Assembly (NCBI GenBank): GCA_046597175.1
Contig: JBKJKY010000055.1
Span: 1-37,640 of the forward strand
DNA: 37,640 bases
Direction of reading: 5' to 3'
From: Parcubacteria group bacterium
GTDB taxonomy: Bacteria > Patescibacteriota > Minisyncoccia > Phycocordibacterales > Zambryskibacteraceae
The notes under the pieces were generated by a model. The model was not told where the DNA came from and searched no databases. It saw nothing but the letters and a program-made list of their open reading frames with translations. Numbering within the stretch: the first letter of the stretch is position 1; the number at the start of each line of letters is the position of its first letter. This document shows, piece after piece, positions 16,005-25,657 of this stretch. The position numbers and the translations under genes were made by a program.

Positions 16005-16904
16005 TTAGTTTTCGTTTTGATTAGTCCATGTGCTACTTGCCTTACTTTGATTACCAAAAGAGGCTGTGTTCTTGTTAGAATTTGAATAAGAAGCAGAATT
16101 CCTGTTTTGTCTAAACCAACCACTTATGTCTAGTACGGTATCCCATCCAATAACTGAAAACTTGGTCACTTCTGTTACCAATGTAATGAGCCTACCCACA
16201 ACTGCTGCGTATCCAGTAAGTAGAAATATTCCAATAGAAGCAGTTATTGTGTATGCAGTAGTAAATGGATATTGAAAACCAGTACCTCCGTTATAGAGCA
16301 AAGTAACTTCCGCAGATGTAAGTTCTTTTGAATAATAAAAACATTCATCCATTGCACCCGCCATTCCTGTTCCAACAATATCGTTGCCAATTACAAAAGT
16401 TCCATTACCACCAAACGTTGGGGCCGATTGACTTGAAGTACCCACAGAAGAACCATTAAAATATACTGTTACCGTATTTGAACCATATGTAACAACAACA
16501 AAGTAATACGTTCCTACCGACATAGTAGGTGTGGTAACAGAGAAGTTGTAATAAGTACCACCAGCATTGCCATCGAAACGGAGTGAAGTTGAGCTCGTTA
16601 CCCGGATTTGGTAACTCATGAACGGGGTAGTGTTTGAAGTTGTATAGTTTTTTGAAAGAAGAATCTCGTTTGAAAGAGCGGCAGGCTTAAACCAACCACC
16701 AAAACTATACGTAGTTGACTCCATATTTGCGTTCCGAGCAACGACAATAGAGCTCGACGCATTATTTAATCCAGCTCCTTGAGTTATTTTTCCGTTACCA
16801 GAACTGTAAGTAATGCCCGTGTCAGTTCCATTATTTGAACCAACTGCGTCATTACTATTTCCTTCCAGCTTCCAATATGAAACTAAGTTGGTTACTAGTG
16901 CCAT
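16005..16904 (-). CDS. LamG/concanavalin A-like lectin domain virion protein
   Basis: LVSYWKLEGNSND, YYFVVVTY..TVYFNG, GAMDECFYYSKELTSAEVTLLYN. Confidence 0.85.
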   Translation of the reverse strand: MALVTNLVSYWKLEGNSNDAVGSNNGTDTGITYSSGNGKITQGAGLNNASSSIVVARNANMESTTYSFGGWFKPAALSNEILLSKNYTTSNTTPFMSYQIRVTSSTSLRFDGNAGGTYYNFSVTTPTMSVGTYYFVVVTYGSNTVTVYFNGSSVGTSSQSAPTFGGNGTFVIGNDIVGTGMAGAMDECFYYSKELTSAEVTLLYNGGTGFQYPFTTAYTITASIGIFLLTGYAAVVGRLITLVTEVTKFSVIGWDTVLDISGWFRQNRNSASYSNSNKNTASFGNQSKASSTWTNQNEN

Positions 16905-17315
16905 TTATGTAATTGACAGAAACCCATTAGAGTTATCAAAATCAATGAGAAACGTATCTCCTGGTTGAGAGAGCGTCAGAGCAGCTCCATAATCGTAATA
17001 CCCAATGAGTTCTTTGTTTGTGGCTGTGTCGTCGTATACATATATGTATCGAAAAGGCCCTACAGTACCAGAAGCGGTGAGGGTAAGATCGGCAAGAATA
17101 AGACGATAAAGCCCTGATGTTTGAGATGACGATGTGGTTGTTATGGTTCTTGAAGAACAGTTTGTATAGGAAATTTCTGTAAGGTCTGAGAGCTTTGTCC
17201 AACCTGCAGTGTGTGCGGTATTGGTTAGTGCAACCTTAAGACTATCAGAGCCAAGATTAAAGGTCTTTTCTGCTAAAAGTTCCACGAATGAATTGATTTT
17301 ATTGAATGTTGCCAT
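16905..17315 (-). CDS. Conserved small phage structural protein
   Basis: 136 aa; DSLKVALTN, GPFRYIYVYDDT, LIGYYDYG motifs. Confidence 0.7.
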   Translation of the reverse strand: MATFNKINSFVELLAEKTFNLGSDSLKVALTNTAHTAGWTKLSDLTEISYTNCSSRTITTTSSSQTSGLYRLILADLTLTASGTVGPFRYIYVYDDTATNKELIGYYDYGAALTLSQPGDTFLIDFDNSNGFLSIT

Positions 17316-18067
17316 TATCGGTATCGTTTAGGTCTAGCTCGTAATTGAATTTTCTCGTCCTTGTCTCTCATTGAGTAGTTGTCTTGCATGTCTTGTTCCA
17401 TCTGAGCGACTCGTTCTGCAAGTTGTTTTGCACTGTCCAAACTTTTATCAAGTGAATAGTCTCGGCACGCAATAAGAGCAACTAACTTGTGATAGAGCGA
17501 GTTAAATCCAGGCACTTTTGTAGTATCTGCGGTTGTGAAATATGAAGGTGGGCGTTGGAAGTACACCTTAAGTCCTGCGGAAGCGGTTACAGCACCTGCA
17601 AGAGGTTTTGGATAGAGGAATACTGAGTTTGCAAGCTTATCGTAATACTTCGGCATTCCTGCAACACTCAAGAAATCAGTAAGTGATTGGTCATATAAGT
17701 CCTTTTCTGAGAAAGGAATGAGTTTGTGCCATGCACCGGTTGAGTCTTTCACCTCTACACGAAGAACCTTTAGGTGAGTGACTGCAAAAGGATAATCTTG
17801 CTGTTCCGATCCTGCTGTTGTTACAAGGTTAGCAGTCGCGATAGGATAGTCAGTAAAATTTGTATCATCAAAAGCCCACCTTCCATCTGATTGGAGAATG
17901 AGTGAAGTTACTCTATCGAGTCCGTCATTAATACCTCTTGTGAAAGTGGCAAGAAGTCCTGCATCACTTGTAATACGGCCATAGCCATTATCTCCAAAGA
18001 GAGTATTCTCACAGATTTGAATAAGTCCAGCTTTTGACGCGGAGGTGTCGCTGAATTGATATGACAT
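17315..18067 (-). CDS. Head-tail adaptor protein
   Basis: 250 aa; GMPKYY..VFLYPKP, YHKLVALIA motifs typical of podovirus adaptors. Confidence 0.7.
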   Translation of the reverse strand: MSYQFSDTSASKAGLIQICENTLFGDNGYGRITSDAGLLATFTRGINDGLDRVTSLILQSDGRWAFDDTNFTDYPIATANLVTTAGSEQQDYPFAVTHLKVLRVEVKDSTGAWHKLIPFSEKDLYDQSLTDFLSVAGMPKYYDKLANSVFLYPKPLAGAVTASAGLKVYFQRPPSYFTTADTTKVPGFNSLYHKLVALIACRDYSLDKSLDSAKQLAERVAQMEQDMQDNYSMRDKDEKIQLRARPKRYR

Positions 18068-18093
18068 ACGCACACACTAACTGCGTGTATGTT

Positions 18094-19254
18094 TTATTCT
18101 GATTTAGGGTCACCAGAAATATCAGAAAGCATTTTGTTTATTGTTTCTGAGATATTACTGTCTTTGTATTGCCATTCTTTTGTTACTGCCTTTTTTGCGT
18201 TCTTTCCGAGTTGTTTCCTTAGTTTTTCATCGAGAATGAGCATCTCAAGCTTGTCAAACCATTCATTTGAGCGGGCTAGCATACCAGTGACACCGTCTTC
18301 AATGATCTTCTTACCCTTAATAGGCATAAAGTACGGATATACTCGTGATGCAAGTGTAGGAATTTCAAACATAGAATACTCCATCCACTTAATGTGAGAT
18401 TTACAGCGTGTAAACGGGGTATCCACGAGGGGTGCAAGTCCTACATCCCATGGTTGCTGTCCAAGCCATTCGGGAAGTTTCTTAAATATAGTTTCTGCTG
18501 GTCCCAGCCACACTCTTTTATCAAGAATCTCCTTAGAGAAGCCCATTTTGTCAAAATACCGGTGTACTTTGTCCTTTGATATGGTTCCAATGATGTTTAA
18601 GTGTACCTGTGGGTACTTTTTCATGATCTTAGCAATAGCTGGCATAACCATACGAAGATCATCTTCATGTGAAGTAGAGCCTGAGTACCCGATAACAAAC
18701 TTAGAGTCATCCTTTTGCGGTTTGACAGTTTGTTTCCAGAATTTTATATCGTTACAGTTCGGAACCACATAAATTGGCTTATCAATTCCGTGGAGAAGCT
18801 TAATATGCTGTGCGACTTTTTCTTTGAGAGGATACGTTGATACTGTAATAGCATCTGCGAGAGAAAGGACTGTCCCGAGCATTGCTCTGTCTCTCTTCCC
18901 TGGCTTGAAACGTTCATACAGGTCGTTGCTTTGGGGGATGTCGTAGTAGTTATCGTCTATGTCGATAATGACCTTCTTACCAAGTCTTTGAGCCCAATAG
19001 AACATAGCAGAAGCCACCTTTTCATCTGCAAAATACCCTGTCCAAAATACGTCGTATTGTTCAAAGACATCTTTCCACTGGTCGACAAGTGATGTACCAA
19101 AGTTTCCAATTTTCTTACCGATAATAGTAACTTCATGCCCGTCGATTTGCTGTGCAGGGGCAACAATTCGATAATATCCAAGTGGACCGAATGTGTCAAG
19201 CTTTCTACGCTCTGGTGTGTAATCGTAATCTGAGTAGTGTGCAAGTATTTTCAT
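18094..19254 (-). CDS. Glycosyltransferase, GT-B fold (GT4-like)
   Basis: YYRI..P, IDIDD, IGYSGSTSHEDDL, DVGLAPL..F.RCKS.IKWMEYS. Confidence 0.88.
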   Translation of the reverse strand: MKILAHYSDYDYTPERRKLDTFGPLGYYRIVAPAQQIDGHEVTIIGKKIGNFGTSLVDQWKDVFEQYDVFWTGYFADEKVASAMFYWAQRLGKKVIIDIDDNYYDIPQSNDLYERFKPGKRDRAMLGTVLSLADAITVSTYPLKEKVAQHIKLLHGIDKPIYVVPNCNDIKFWKQTVKPQKDDSKFVIGYSGSTSHEDDLRMVMPAIAKIMKKYPQVHLNIIGTISKDKVHRYFDKMGFSKEILDKRVWLGPAETIFKKLPEWLGQQPWDVGLAPLVDTPFTRCKSHIKWMEYSMFEIPTLASRVYPYFMPIKGKKIIEDGVTGMLARSNEWFDKLEMLILDEKLRKQLGKNAKKAVTKEWQYKDSNISETINKMLSDISGDPKSE

Positions 19255-19931
19255 TATATTTGATGATTATGTAAAACTATTTCTGCTATTCCTGGTCGTA
19301 TACCATTTGTGCCGGCTGAGTAGAAGAATTCTGGTACTTGATTAAATGGCAAGCCAACTTTGTCTATGGCATACATGAATGAGATTTGGTCTCGTCTTGA
19401 ATGTCTACAAAATTCACTCCACCATGCATCTTCAAAAGCTTTTACTTGAGGAGTATTTCTTCGAAAGATTATTCCGCACTCACTCAGTCCTTTATGTTTG
19501 GCGTATCCTGAGTCTTCGTACATTTTGGCTTGTTCTATGATAGTTTCAATATCATCAAGTCCCCTCTTTGCACATGTGATAGCCTCGTCATAGGTACAAT
19601 CTCGAGTCGGATGTTTATAGACAGCTAAATCGTACTCACCTAAATACTTATCAATAAGTTCTTTTGGAGTACAGAGAAGTTTAATATTTCCATCTAAATA
19701 GATTGAATACTCAGTACCAACATATTGATGTGAAAGAATTTTTTGTATGCGGGAGTTTCTGCGAGGGTCAATAAACTTGTTATATGAAGGCTTCATCTCC
19801 CATGTTGATGAAACAATCGGTTTATCAACGTAAGCTACAAACTTTGCTCCATCTTTTATAGACTCCATTTCTCGGAGTCTGTCCTTGTCTCCCGTTATGG
19901 AGGTGAATACTGTTATATTAGATGATTCCAT
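19254..19931 (-). CDS. Glycosyltransferase, DUF616/TOD1-MUCI70-like
   Basis: VFTSITG, SIYLDGN, HPTRDCTYDEA, RRDQISF. Confidence 0.85.
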   Translation of the reverse strand: MESSNITVFTSITGDKDRLREMESIKDGAKFVAYVDKPIVSSTWEMKPSYNKFIDPRRNSRIQKILSHQYVGTEYSIYLDGNIKLLCTPKELIDKYLGEYDLAVYKHPTRDCTYDEAITCAKRGLDDIETIIEQAKMYEDSGYAKHKGLSECGIIFRRNTPQVKAFEDAWWSEFCRHSRRDQISFMYAIDKVGLPFNQVPEFFYSAGTNGIRPGIAEIVLHNHQI

Positions 19932-20709
19932 TTTCGTGTAGCCAAGCTAATCCTGCGTCTTCGTATTGAGTATTCGAACCGTGAGTTCTTGAGATGTATC
20001 CTCTCTCCCCTTCAATGCAGTATGCAGAGACTCGATACGCAGGAGAGAGCATTGCAGTCTTGAGTCCGTGCTTTTCAATGAGTTGATTGAGAGGATACAC
20101 AATGTTATTCCAGTCATAGAGGGCTTCGAGACTTTCTGGATTGTCAGTCTTTCCTTCTCTTGTTAGTTCTACAGTGGAAAGGTCAAACTTACCTCCCATA
20201 AGCCTTAAAACTTTAGGCTTAAAGAATTCAAAAGAACCACGAATTGATCCGTATGGCATCCCCGAAGAATTTGTAAGAATGTCCCACTTCTTGAAATTAG
20301 GGTCTTCAATTTGGTCAATAATAGCTCTATCGTGAATGATTAAGTTATCATCGTGGGTGAATAGAAATAGGTCGTAATCTTTGTAGTTGTTTTCGTCTAA
20401 CCATTGATTAGAGTTCCCCCAGTCGCCCACTGTATTTGGGTATTCTTTGTAACTCCATCCAAGTTCTTTGATAAGCCACTCAGAAGCAATTTCTTTGTAG
20501 AGATGTTTATCAAGTTTACCTCGCAAGTCATCTTTGAATATGTCGTTCTTTTTTTCTTCCTTTGCAATATCAGGATTTCTATGTGACACGCAAAAGAACT
20601 CTACTTCCCATCCCTCTGGTCTTACCTGTCGGACCATAGCTTCATAAAATGAGCTTGGATAATGCCAACCGGATGCCACCACTGCAAGTTTTTTAGTTTT
20701 CTTCTTCAT
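19918..20709 (-). CDS. Putative GT-A fold glycosyltransferase
   Basis: YDLFLFTHDDN DxD-like motif after N-terminal beta strand LAVVASGWH; cluster context. Confidence 0.6.
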   Translation of the reverse strand: MKKKTKKLAVVASGWHYPSSFYEAMVRQVRPEGWEVEFFCVSHRNPDIAKEEKKNDIFKDDLRGKLDKHLYKEIASEWLIKELGWSYKEYPNTVGDWGNSNQWLDENNYKDYDLFLFTHDDNLIIHDRAIIDQIEDPNFKKWDILTNSSGMPYGSIRGSFEFFKPKVLRLMGGKFDLSTVELTREGKTDNPESLEALYDWNNIVYPLNQLIEKHGLKTAMLSPAYRVSAYCIEGERGYISRTHGSNTQYEDAGLAWLHENGII

Positions 20710-20719
20710 TTAGTTGGAC

Positions 20720-20947
20720 TTACACTAATAATTTTTTAATATATTCTTCTGCCTCTTTCTCTAATTCTTTTAATATGTTTTTGTTTGATTGACGCCAGTT
20801 GCCGTGAGTTTTTCCATTGTGGATAAAATGCCAATGACAAGTAAAGAATTGATCCAAAGGATTTTCCGATATTTTTGGTTTTTGTAATTTGAAGATTACC
20901 TGCATCCCATCTATGTTTACTATGTGCTGTGCGGTTTCATCGGTCAT
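20720..20947 (-). CDS. Hypothetical protein in glycan cluster
   Basis: 75 aa from ATG 20947. Confidence 0.55.
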   Translation of the reverse strand: MTDETAQHIVNIDGMQVIFKLQKPKISENPLDQFFTCHWHFIHNGKTHGNWRQSNKNILKELEKEAEEYIKKLLV

Positions 20948-20954
20948 AGCTTTT

Positions 20955-21491
20955 TCATACAAGCTTTGAAATGCTAGGGAATTTACTATTAATAACCTCA
21001 TATCTGACCCCACATGAGCCCATTGGAGGTTTGTTGTACTTTGTCATCCATCCGACCTTATCTCTTTCAAGACTTCCACCCTCAAAGAGAACAATTCCGT
21101 CGATATTTTTGGTCTTCTCTCTTAAATCAAAGATAGTTTTGCCATCATTTGAAATATCAACGTGCATGAGGTCAAATGGTTCTGGTATCCATCCCTTAAA
21201 GTCTCCCTGTGCAAGTGTTACGAACCCACTGAGGCCGAGCTGGTCAATCATTTCCTGTACGTTTGCCTTACTTCCGTGTTTGTATTGGTAGGTATCCCAC
21301 AAGTCGTAAGATGTTATGTGACCTTCTCCAAGTTCATGGAGTGCCATAGCAATAGCAACGGTGGAATATCCATGAAGTGTGCCAAATTCAATGACCTTCT
21401 TAGGTTTTGCTTTCATTACAGCATCATACAGCGTCTCACCAAGGTCATTTTCTCTATATGAACTGTTTATTTGAGGATTTTTATATTTCAT
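20955..21491 (-). CDS. Class I SAM-dependent methyltransferase
   Basis: VIEFGTLHGYS motif I, SYD, FDLMHVD; ATGA overlap. Confidence 0.85.
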   Translation of the reverse strand: MKYKNPQINSSYRENDLGETLYDAVMKAKPKKVIEFGTLHGYSTVAIAMALHELGEGHITSYDLWDTYQYKHGSKANVQEMIDQLGLSGFVTLAQGDFKGWIPEPFDLMHVDISNDGKTIFDLREKTKNIDGIVLFEGGSLERDKVGWMTKYNKPPMGSCGVRYEVINSKFPSISKLV

Positions 21492-22054
21492 TTCTTGTAT
21501 ATAAAACAAATAGATGGATAAAAGTGTATAGATGTAATACCGAGAGTGTTTGGTTCCATAATTGTCCCTTCAAGTCGTTGGTTGTTAGCATCTTCATGAA
21601 GTGTGTCCGTTAGTTCTTTTAGGTAGTCTGTGGTTTTTACATTCGAGTCCAAGAAATCTGGCCAGAAAGATGTGTGCAAGTCTTCAATAACGTATAATCC
21701 TCCTTTGTTCAGTTTTGGAAAAAGTGTTTTGAATGCAACTTGTTGCTGGTTCATGGTATGTCCCCCGTCATCTATGACAATATCGAACGAACCGAGAGAG
21801 TTGAGTAGACTTATGTCTGTCTGATCACCAATAACTACAGCGATTCCATTTCCTTCATATTGTTTACAGCTTGGTAAAATGTCTAATCCTGTAATCTGTG
21901 CATCTGGGAGTAATTCTTTCCACAGTAGGAGTGAATCTCCACCTTGAACACCGATTTCTAAGAGTGAAATGTTGTTGTTATAGTATTGGGAAAGATGATC
22001 GCTATAGGCTTGCAAGAAACCTGTTGTTTTGTGTGCTTTATTAGGACTAGGCAT
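21488..22054 (-). CDS. Class I SAM-dependent methyltransferase, sugar O-methyltransferase (MycE-like) type
   Basis: LLEIGVQGGDSL, GDQTD, DIVIDDGGH, GGLYVIEDLHTS. Confidence 0.85.
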   Translation of the reverse strand: MPSPNKAHKTTGFLQAYSDHLSQYYNNNISLLEIGVQGGDSLLLWKELLPDAQITGLDILPSCKQYEGNGIAVVIGDQTDISLLNSLGSFDIVIDDGGHTMNQQQVAFKTLFPKLNKGGLYVIEDLHTSFWPDFLDSNVKTTDYLKELTDTLHEDANNQRLEGTIMEPNTLGITSIHFYPSICFIYKK

Positions 22055-23024
22055 ACATTGCTTTCTTTGCTTCTCTAATAGTTACGTCATGATGAAACGG
22101 AAGGAGTCTCCAATTGTCTTCAACTTCGTCCATAATCGGACAATCATTTTTGAATTGTTTGAATACGGTGTACTTATCGTTTCGGTAATGATGTTGTTCA
22201 CCTTTAGCCCACCATTGGATACAAAGCCAGTTATGGCAACTAATACCAGGAATGGAATTGTAGAAATCTTGCAACTTCTTTCTTTTAGCCATCATCTTGT
22301 CAAAGGCTTTGAGATTACCAAGTCCTATTGAGGCGGTAATGTCACTCATGTGGTACTTGTATCCTGCTTCTTTGATGTCAGTGTCGCCTTTCTTTTGTTT
22401 CTCTTCACGGTCATAGCCAAACCACCTCAGTCTTTTTGCTTTTTCGTAGTTTTTCTTTGATTTGGTAATAAGGAAACCCCCATCTCCACTAGTAAGAGTT
22501 TTGATTGCTTGGAGTGAGACAGCGGTAAAGTCACCTTTACCCCAATAGTTCGAACCAACTGCCTGGGCTGCGTCTTCGATAAGAATAATATTTCGCTCTC
22601 TACATAATTGAGCGATTTCAGGCAGGCCTCTGTTATTTCCTCCAAAGTGAACAAAGACAATGGCTTTTGTTTTTTTGGTAATTTTCTTTTTGACATCTTC
22701 AATGTGTATATTTAAGTCGTAGTCTATATCTGCAAACACAATCTTTGCCTTGCGTCTTACAAGAGGAAGATTAGTGGCAGTACAGGTGAGCACAGGAGTA
22801 ATAACCTCGTTACCCTCGTTGATACCTGCGAGCTCGTATGCCAACTCCAGAGCTGAAGTCCCACTGTTGAGAGCGACCACATTATTAAGATTAAACTTTT
22901 TAGCAAATTCATTTTCAAATTTTTTAACGAGTGGTCCCTCTGCTAATTGTCCAGAACGTAGGACCTTAATTACGTTCCATATTGCGTACCAAGACACATA
23001 AGGTTTAAATAGTTTTACAGCCAT
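22047..23024 (-). CDS. DegT/DnrJ/EryC1/StrS PLP-dependent NDP-sugar aminotransferase
   Basis: NSGTSALELA, IEDAAQA, SLQAIKTLTSGDGG (PLP lysine), GYKYHMSD. Confidence 0.93.
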   Translation of the reverse strand: MAVKLFKPYVSWYAIWNVIKVLRSGQLAEGPLVKKFENEFAKKFNLNNVVALNSGTSALELAYELAGINEGNEVITPVLTCTATNLPLVRRKAKIVFADIDYDLNIHIEDVKKKITKKTKAIVFVHFGGNNRGLPEIAQLCRERNIILIEDAAQAVGSNYWGKGDFTAVSLQAIKTLTSGDGGFLITKSKKNYEKAKRLRWFGYDREEKQKKGDTDIKEAGYKYHMSDITASIGLGNLKAFDKMMAKRKKLQDFYNSIPGISCHNWLCIQWWAKGEQHHYRNDKYTVFKQFKNDCPIMDEVEDNWRLLPFHHDVTIREAKKAMYA

Positions 23025-24025
23025 GTTTTGTTATTGAGAGTCCATCCAATGCACTTAATAAGAGAGTCTATAAATGTAAGGGGTGCTTTCCATCCTTTTT
23101 CTTTGAGCTTAGTCCCATCAAGAGCATAGCGATAGTCATGTCCCGGACGTGTCGAGTGATGGTCTACAAGTTCATACTTCAGTTCTTTACAGAGAACATT
23201 TGAAATGATTTCTGCAACTTCTAGATTATTTAGTTCTACATCTCCGACAATGTTGTATCTATCTGGTACGAGTGTTTCGTCTTGCACATAAGGAGTAGCA
23301 GGGAGATTATTCATGATGTAGAGAACAGCATCAGCCATGTTTCGAGCGTGGAGGTAGTACCTCGAGCCAATCTTCCCTTCCTTACCATGCACCGGGACAA
23401 TTTCGCCATTTTCTACACAGCGAATTACTTTAGCCATAAACTTTTCTCCGTCTTGTGTCTCTCCAAAGAGATTCATGGTGTTTGTAATGACTACGGGTAC
23501 GCCATATGTTCTCCAATATGAGATTGCAATAGCTTCTTGGCATGCTTTCGAAGCAGAGTATGGATTACTTGGAATGATTGGAGCCCACTCTGGGTGATTT
23601 ACTCCAAAAGGTGCTACTCCATACACTTCGTCAGTAGAGAACTGAAGAAATAGTTTTGGTTTGTACTCTCTTGCAAACTCAAGCATGTTAAGAGCAAGGT
23701 CTACATTGTTTTTTACAAAAGGAACAGGGTCAGTGATTGAACGGTCAACATGTGACTCTGATGCCACGTTTAAAATGTAGTCGCATACTCCAATTCTTTG
23801 TTTTGTTCGCTCTGGGATTGGTGCGATAAGGTCATGGGTGATGATGGTCACTCTATCTCTCCATGTTTTATCTCCCTTTAATACCTCTTCGATTCTCTCC
23901 GGTGTTCCTTTATGAGTCCACGATGCAATTCCTACGATGTCATAGTCAGTGTTTACAAGGAGGTGTTCCAATATATGGCTTCCTGCAAATCCACTTATCC
24001 CCGTCAGTAGTACTTTAGTCTTCAT
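23015..24025 (-). CDS. rmlB: dTDP/NDP-glucose 4,6-dehydratase
   Basis: GISGFAG, ASESHVDRSI, STDEVYG, PYSASKA, RPGHDYRYALD. Confidence 0.92.
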   Translation of the reverse strand: MKTKVLLTGISGFAGSHILEHLLVNTDYDIVGIASWTHKGTPERIEEVLKGDKTWRDRVTIITHDLIAPIPERTKQRIGVCDYILNVASESHVDRSITDPVPFVKNNVDLALNMLEFAREYKPKLFLQFSTDEVYGVAPFGVNHPEWAPIIPSNPYSASKACQEAIAISYWRTYGVPVVITNTMNLFGETQDGEKFMAKVIRCVENGEIVPVHGKEGKIGSRYYLHARNMADAVLYIMNNLPATPYVQDETLVPDRYNIVGDVELNNLEVAEIISNVLCKELKYELVDHHSTRPGHDYRYALDGTKLKEKGWKAPLTFIDSLIKCIGWTLNNKTWL

Positions 24026-24305
24026 AGAGTGCTTTAGTTTCTGGGTTATTGAATGATTTTATAAAGCCGTGTAGTCTGTCGGTGATTTCCGAGACAGTCC
24101 ACATACGAGCAGACATTCCGTTTGGAAATTCATATCGATAGCTAGAGTCAAATTCTTCTCGAATATCGTCAGCTACAACTGGCAAGTCGTAATTCTTCCC
24201 TTCGTAAAATATGTTATTGAGTCCTGGTCTATTTGGGTTTTCTACGATGGTAAATTTTGGATCTATTTCAGTTTGAATTTTTGTTTCTAATTCTTTGTTA
24301 GTCAT
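24015..24305 (-). CDS. Hypothetical protein
   Basis: 96 aa ORF overlapping both neighbours. Confidence 0.7.
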   Translation of the reverse strand: MTNKELETKIQTEIDPKFTIVENPNRPGLNNIFYEGKNYDLPVVADDIREEFDSSYRYEFPNGMSARMWTVSEITDRLHGFIKSFNNPETKALYED

Positions 24306-24543
24306 TGAGTTTTTCTACAGCTTCTAAGGTTTCAATAGCATTTTGAAATAGGAGAAAGGTTGCAGAAGCAATACCTTGAACAGACTTTGAAGTAAGTTCA
24401 ACTTTTTGTCCGTAAAACTTTCCATCCTTTTCAAATGTATAACCAAGAAGCCCATTACGAAATAATAGGTTTATTTCCACATCTTTAAAATTAAATAAAG
24501 AAATGGTTTCTAGTGCAGGTTTTGTTTTTTTAGTAGTTTTCAT
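24298..24543 (-). CDS. Hypothetical protein
   Basis: 81 aa from ATG 24543. Confidence 0.65.
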   Translation of the reverse strand: MKTTKKTKPALETISLFNFKDVEINLLFRNGLLGYTFEKDGKFYGQKVELTSKSVQGIASATFLLFQNAIETLEAVEKLND

Positions 24544-24561
24544 GATTGTGATTGTTTCCAA

Positions 24562-24605
24562 ATTGTCTTGCCCTAACCAATTTGGATAGAAAGGGCAAGA
24601 ACAAT
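24562..24605 (-). other. Stem-loop after major capsid gene, without a U tract
   Basis: ATTGT-TCTTGCCCT ... AGGGCAAGA-CAAT inverted repeat. Confidence 0.7.
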
Positions 24606-24611
24606 CGTCGG

Positions 24612-25589
24612 TTATCCTGTTGAGAAACCGTCAGATGCACCAGTTTTGAGGTTGATGATCCATGTTGAGTTAAGAGTCTTAACTGCAAAAGGCATCTTCC
24701 ATCCAACTGTTGAGAACTGCTCAAGTGGGTTATCGGTAGAGTTTGGTCCTGGGTTCTTAACAAACACCATTGGTGCGTTGTGTGAACCGAGGTTTACAAT
24801 AGCGTAAGCATGAGCACCGAAGAGGAAGTTTGAGTAAACGTTTGCAACGTTTGTCGCTGAGGTAGAGAATCCACCTGTGAGCGTAAAGTGTTGGTTATTA
24901 GTTTCTACAAACTCTACTCCATGGAGCTTTCCTACGACACCTCTCTCGATAGCGTCAGAAGTGGTGTAACGGTGTGCGTCAAGCCATTCTGCGTTACCCA
25001 TGAGGTCCATAGCGGTATCTGGTCCAATAATTCCACGGTAGAGACCACCTGGGAATCGCTGTGCCTTGTTCTTCTTGAGTGCACGAACTGCACGTCGAAT
25101 TTCAAGACCAGTAAGTGAGTCAGAAGTGTGGATTGTTGAGATAGCTGTGGTGTTTCCAGTTGCTCCTGCGGTTGTGGTAGAAGAAAGCAAGTTTGTTGCT
25201 CCTGTTACCAATTCTGCACGGATAAGCTGGTCGATTGATTCACCTGCGTTCTGGCCGTGTACTGAAACGTGCTCTGTTAGACCATCCTCAATAGAAGTCA
25301 TTGAGTAGAGTGATCCAACCTGAGTCCAGTTTCCGTAATCTGCGAGCGTAGTTGATACGTTTGCAGCGGTCATGTCTACAGATGAAGGGTTTGTGGCTTC
25401 AGAAAGTGAAGTTGTTACAATAGTAAGAGGTGTAAATCGTGTAAATACGATTGACTTACCCATGTTCATAGGAATGTTTTTAACATCCGCACCGAAATCA
25501 TGTCTAAGTTCAACCTTTGCACGCTCTAGGAACGTCTTGTCGTACCATAACTGCATCGCTGCTGATAAGCCGGTTGTTGATGAGGACAT
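24612..25589 (-). CDS. Major capsid protein, N4-gp56 family (HK97 fold)
   Basis: YDKTFLERA, GKSIVFTRF, LSEATNP, GVVGKLHGVEFVET, DNPLEQFSTVGWK. Confidence 0.92.
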   Translation of the reverse strand: MSSSTTGLSAAMQLWYDKTFLERAKVELRHDFGADVKNIPMNMGKSIVFTRFTPLTIVTTSLSEATNPSSVDMTAANVSTTLADYGNWTQVGSLYSMTSIEDGLTEHVSVHGQNAGESIDQLIRAELVTGATNLLSSTTTAGATGNTTAISTIHTSDSLTGLEIRRAVRALKKNKAQRFPGGLYRGIIGPDTAMDLMGNAEWLDAHRYTTSDAIERGVVGKLHGVEFVETNNQHFTLTGGFSTSATNVANVYSNFLFGAHAYAIVNLGSHNAPMVFVKNPGPNSTDNPLEQFSTVGWKMPFAVKTLNSTWIINLKTGASDGFSTG

Positions 25590-25657
25590 ATTAGTTGTTT
25601 AACTAATACCGCCTCAGTTGTGAAAGAGCTACTAACTGATAATGCGAATAAAATCTT

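Noticed and set aside
20818-20826. Second perfect DnaA box
   Set aside because: Isolated and inside a coding region; could arise by chance
20955-22054. DNA methyltransferases
   Set aside because: No DPPY/NPPY or PC motifs; motifs and context fit small-molecule or sugar methyltransferases
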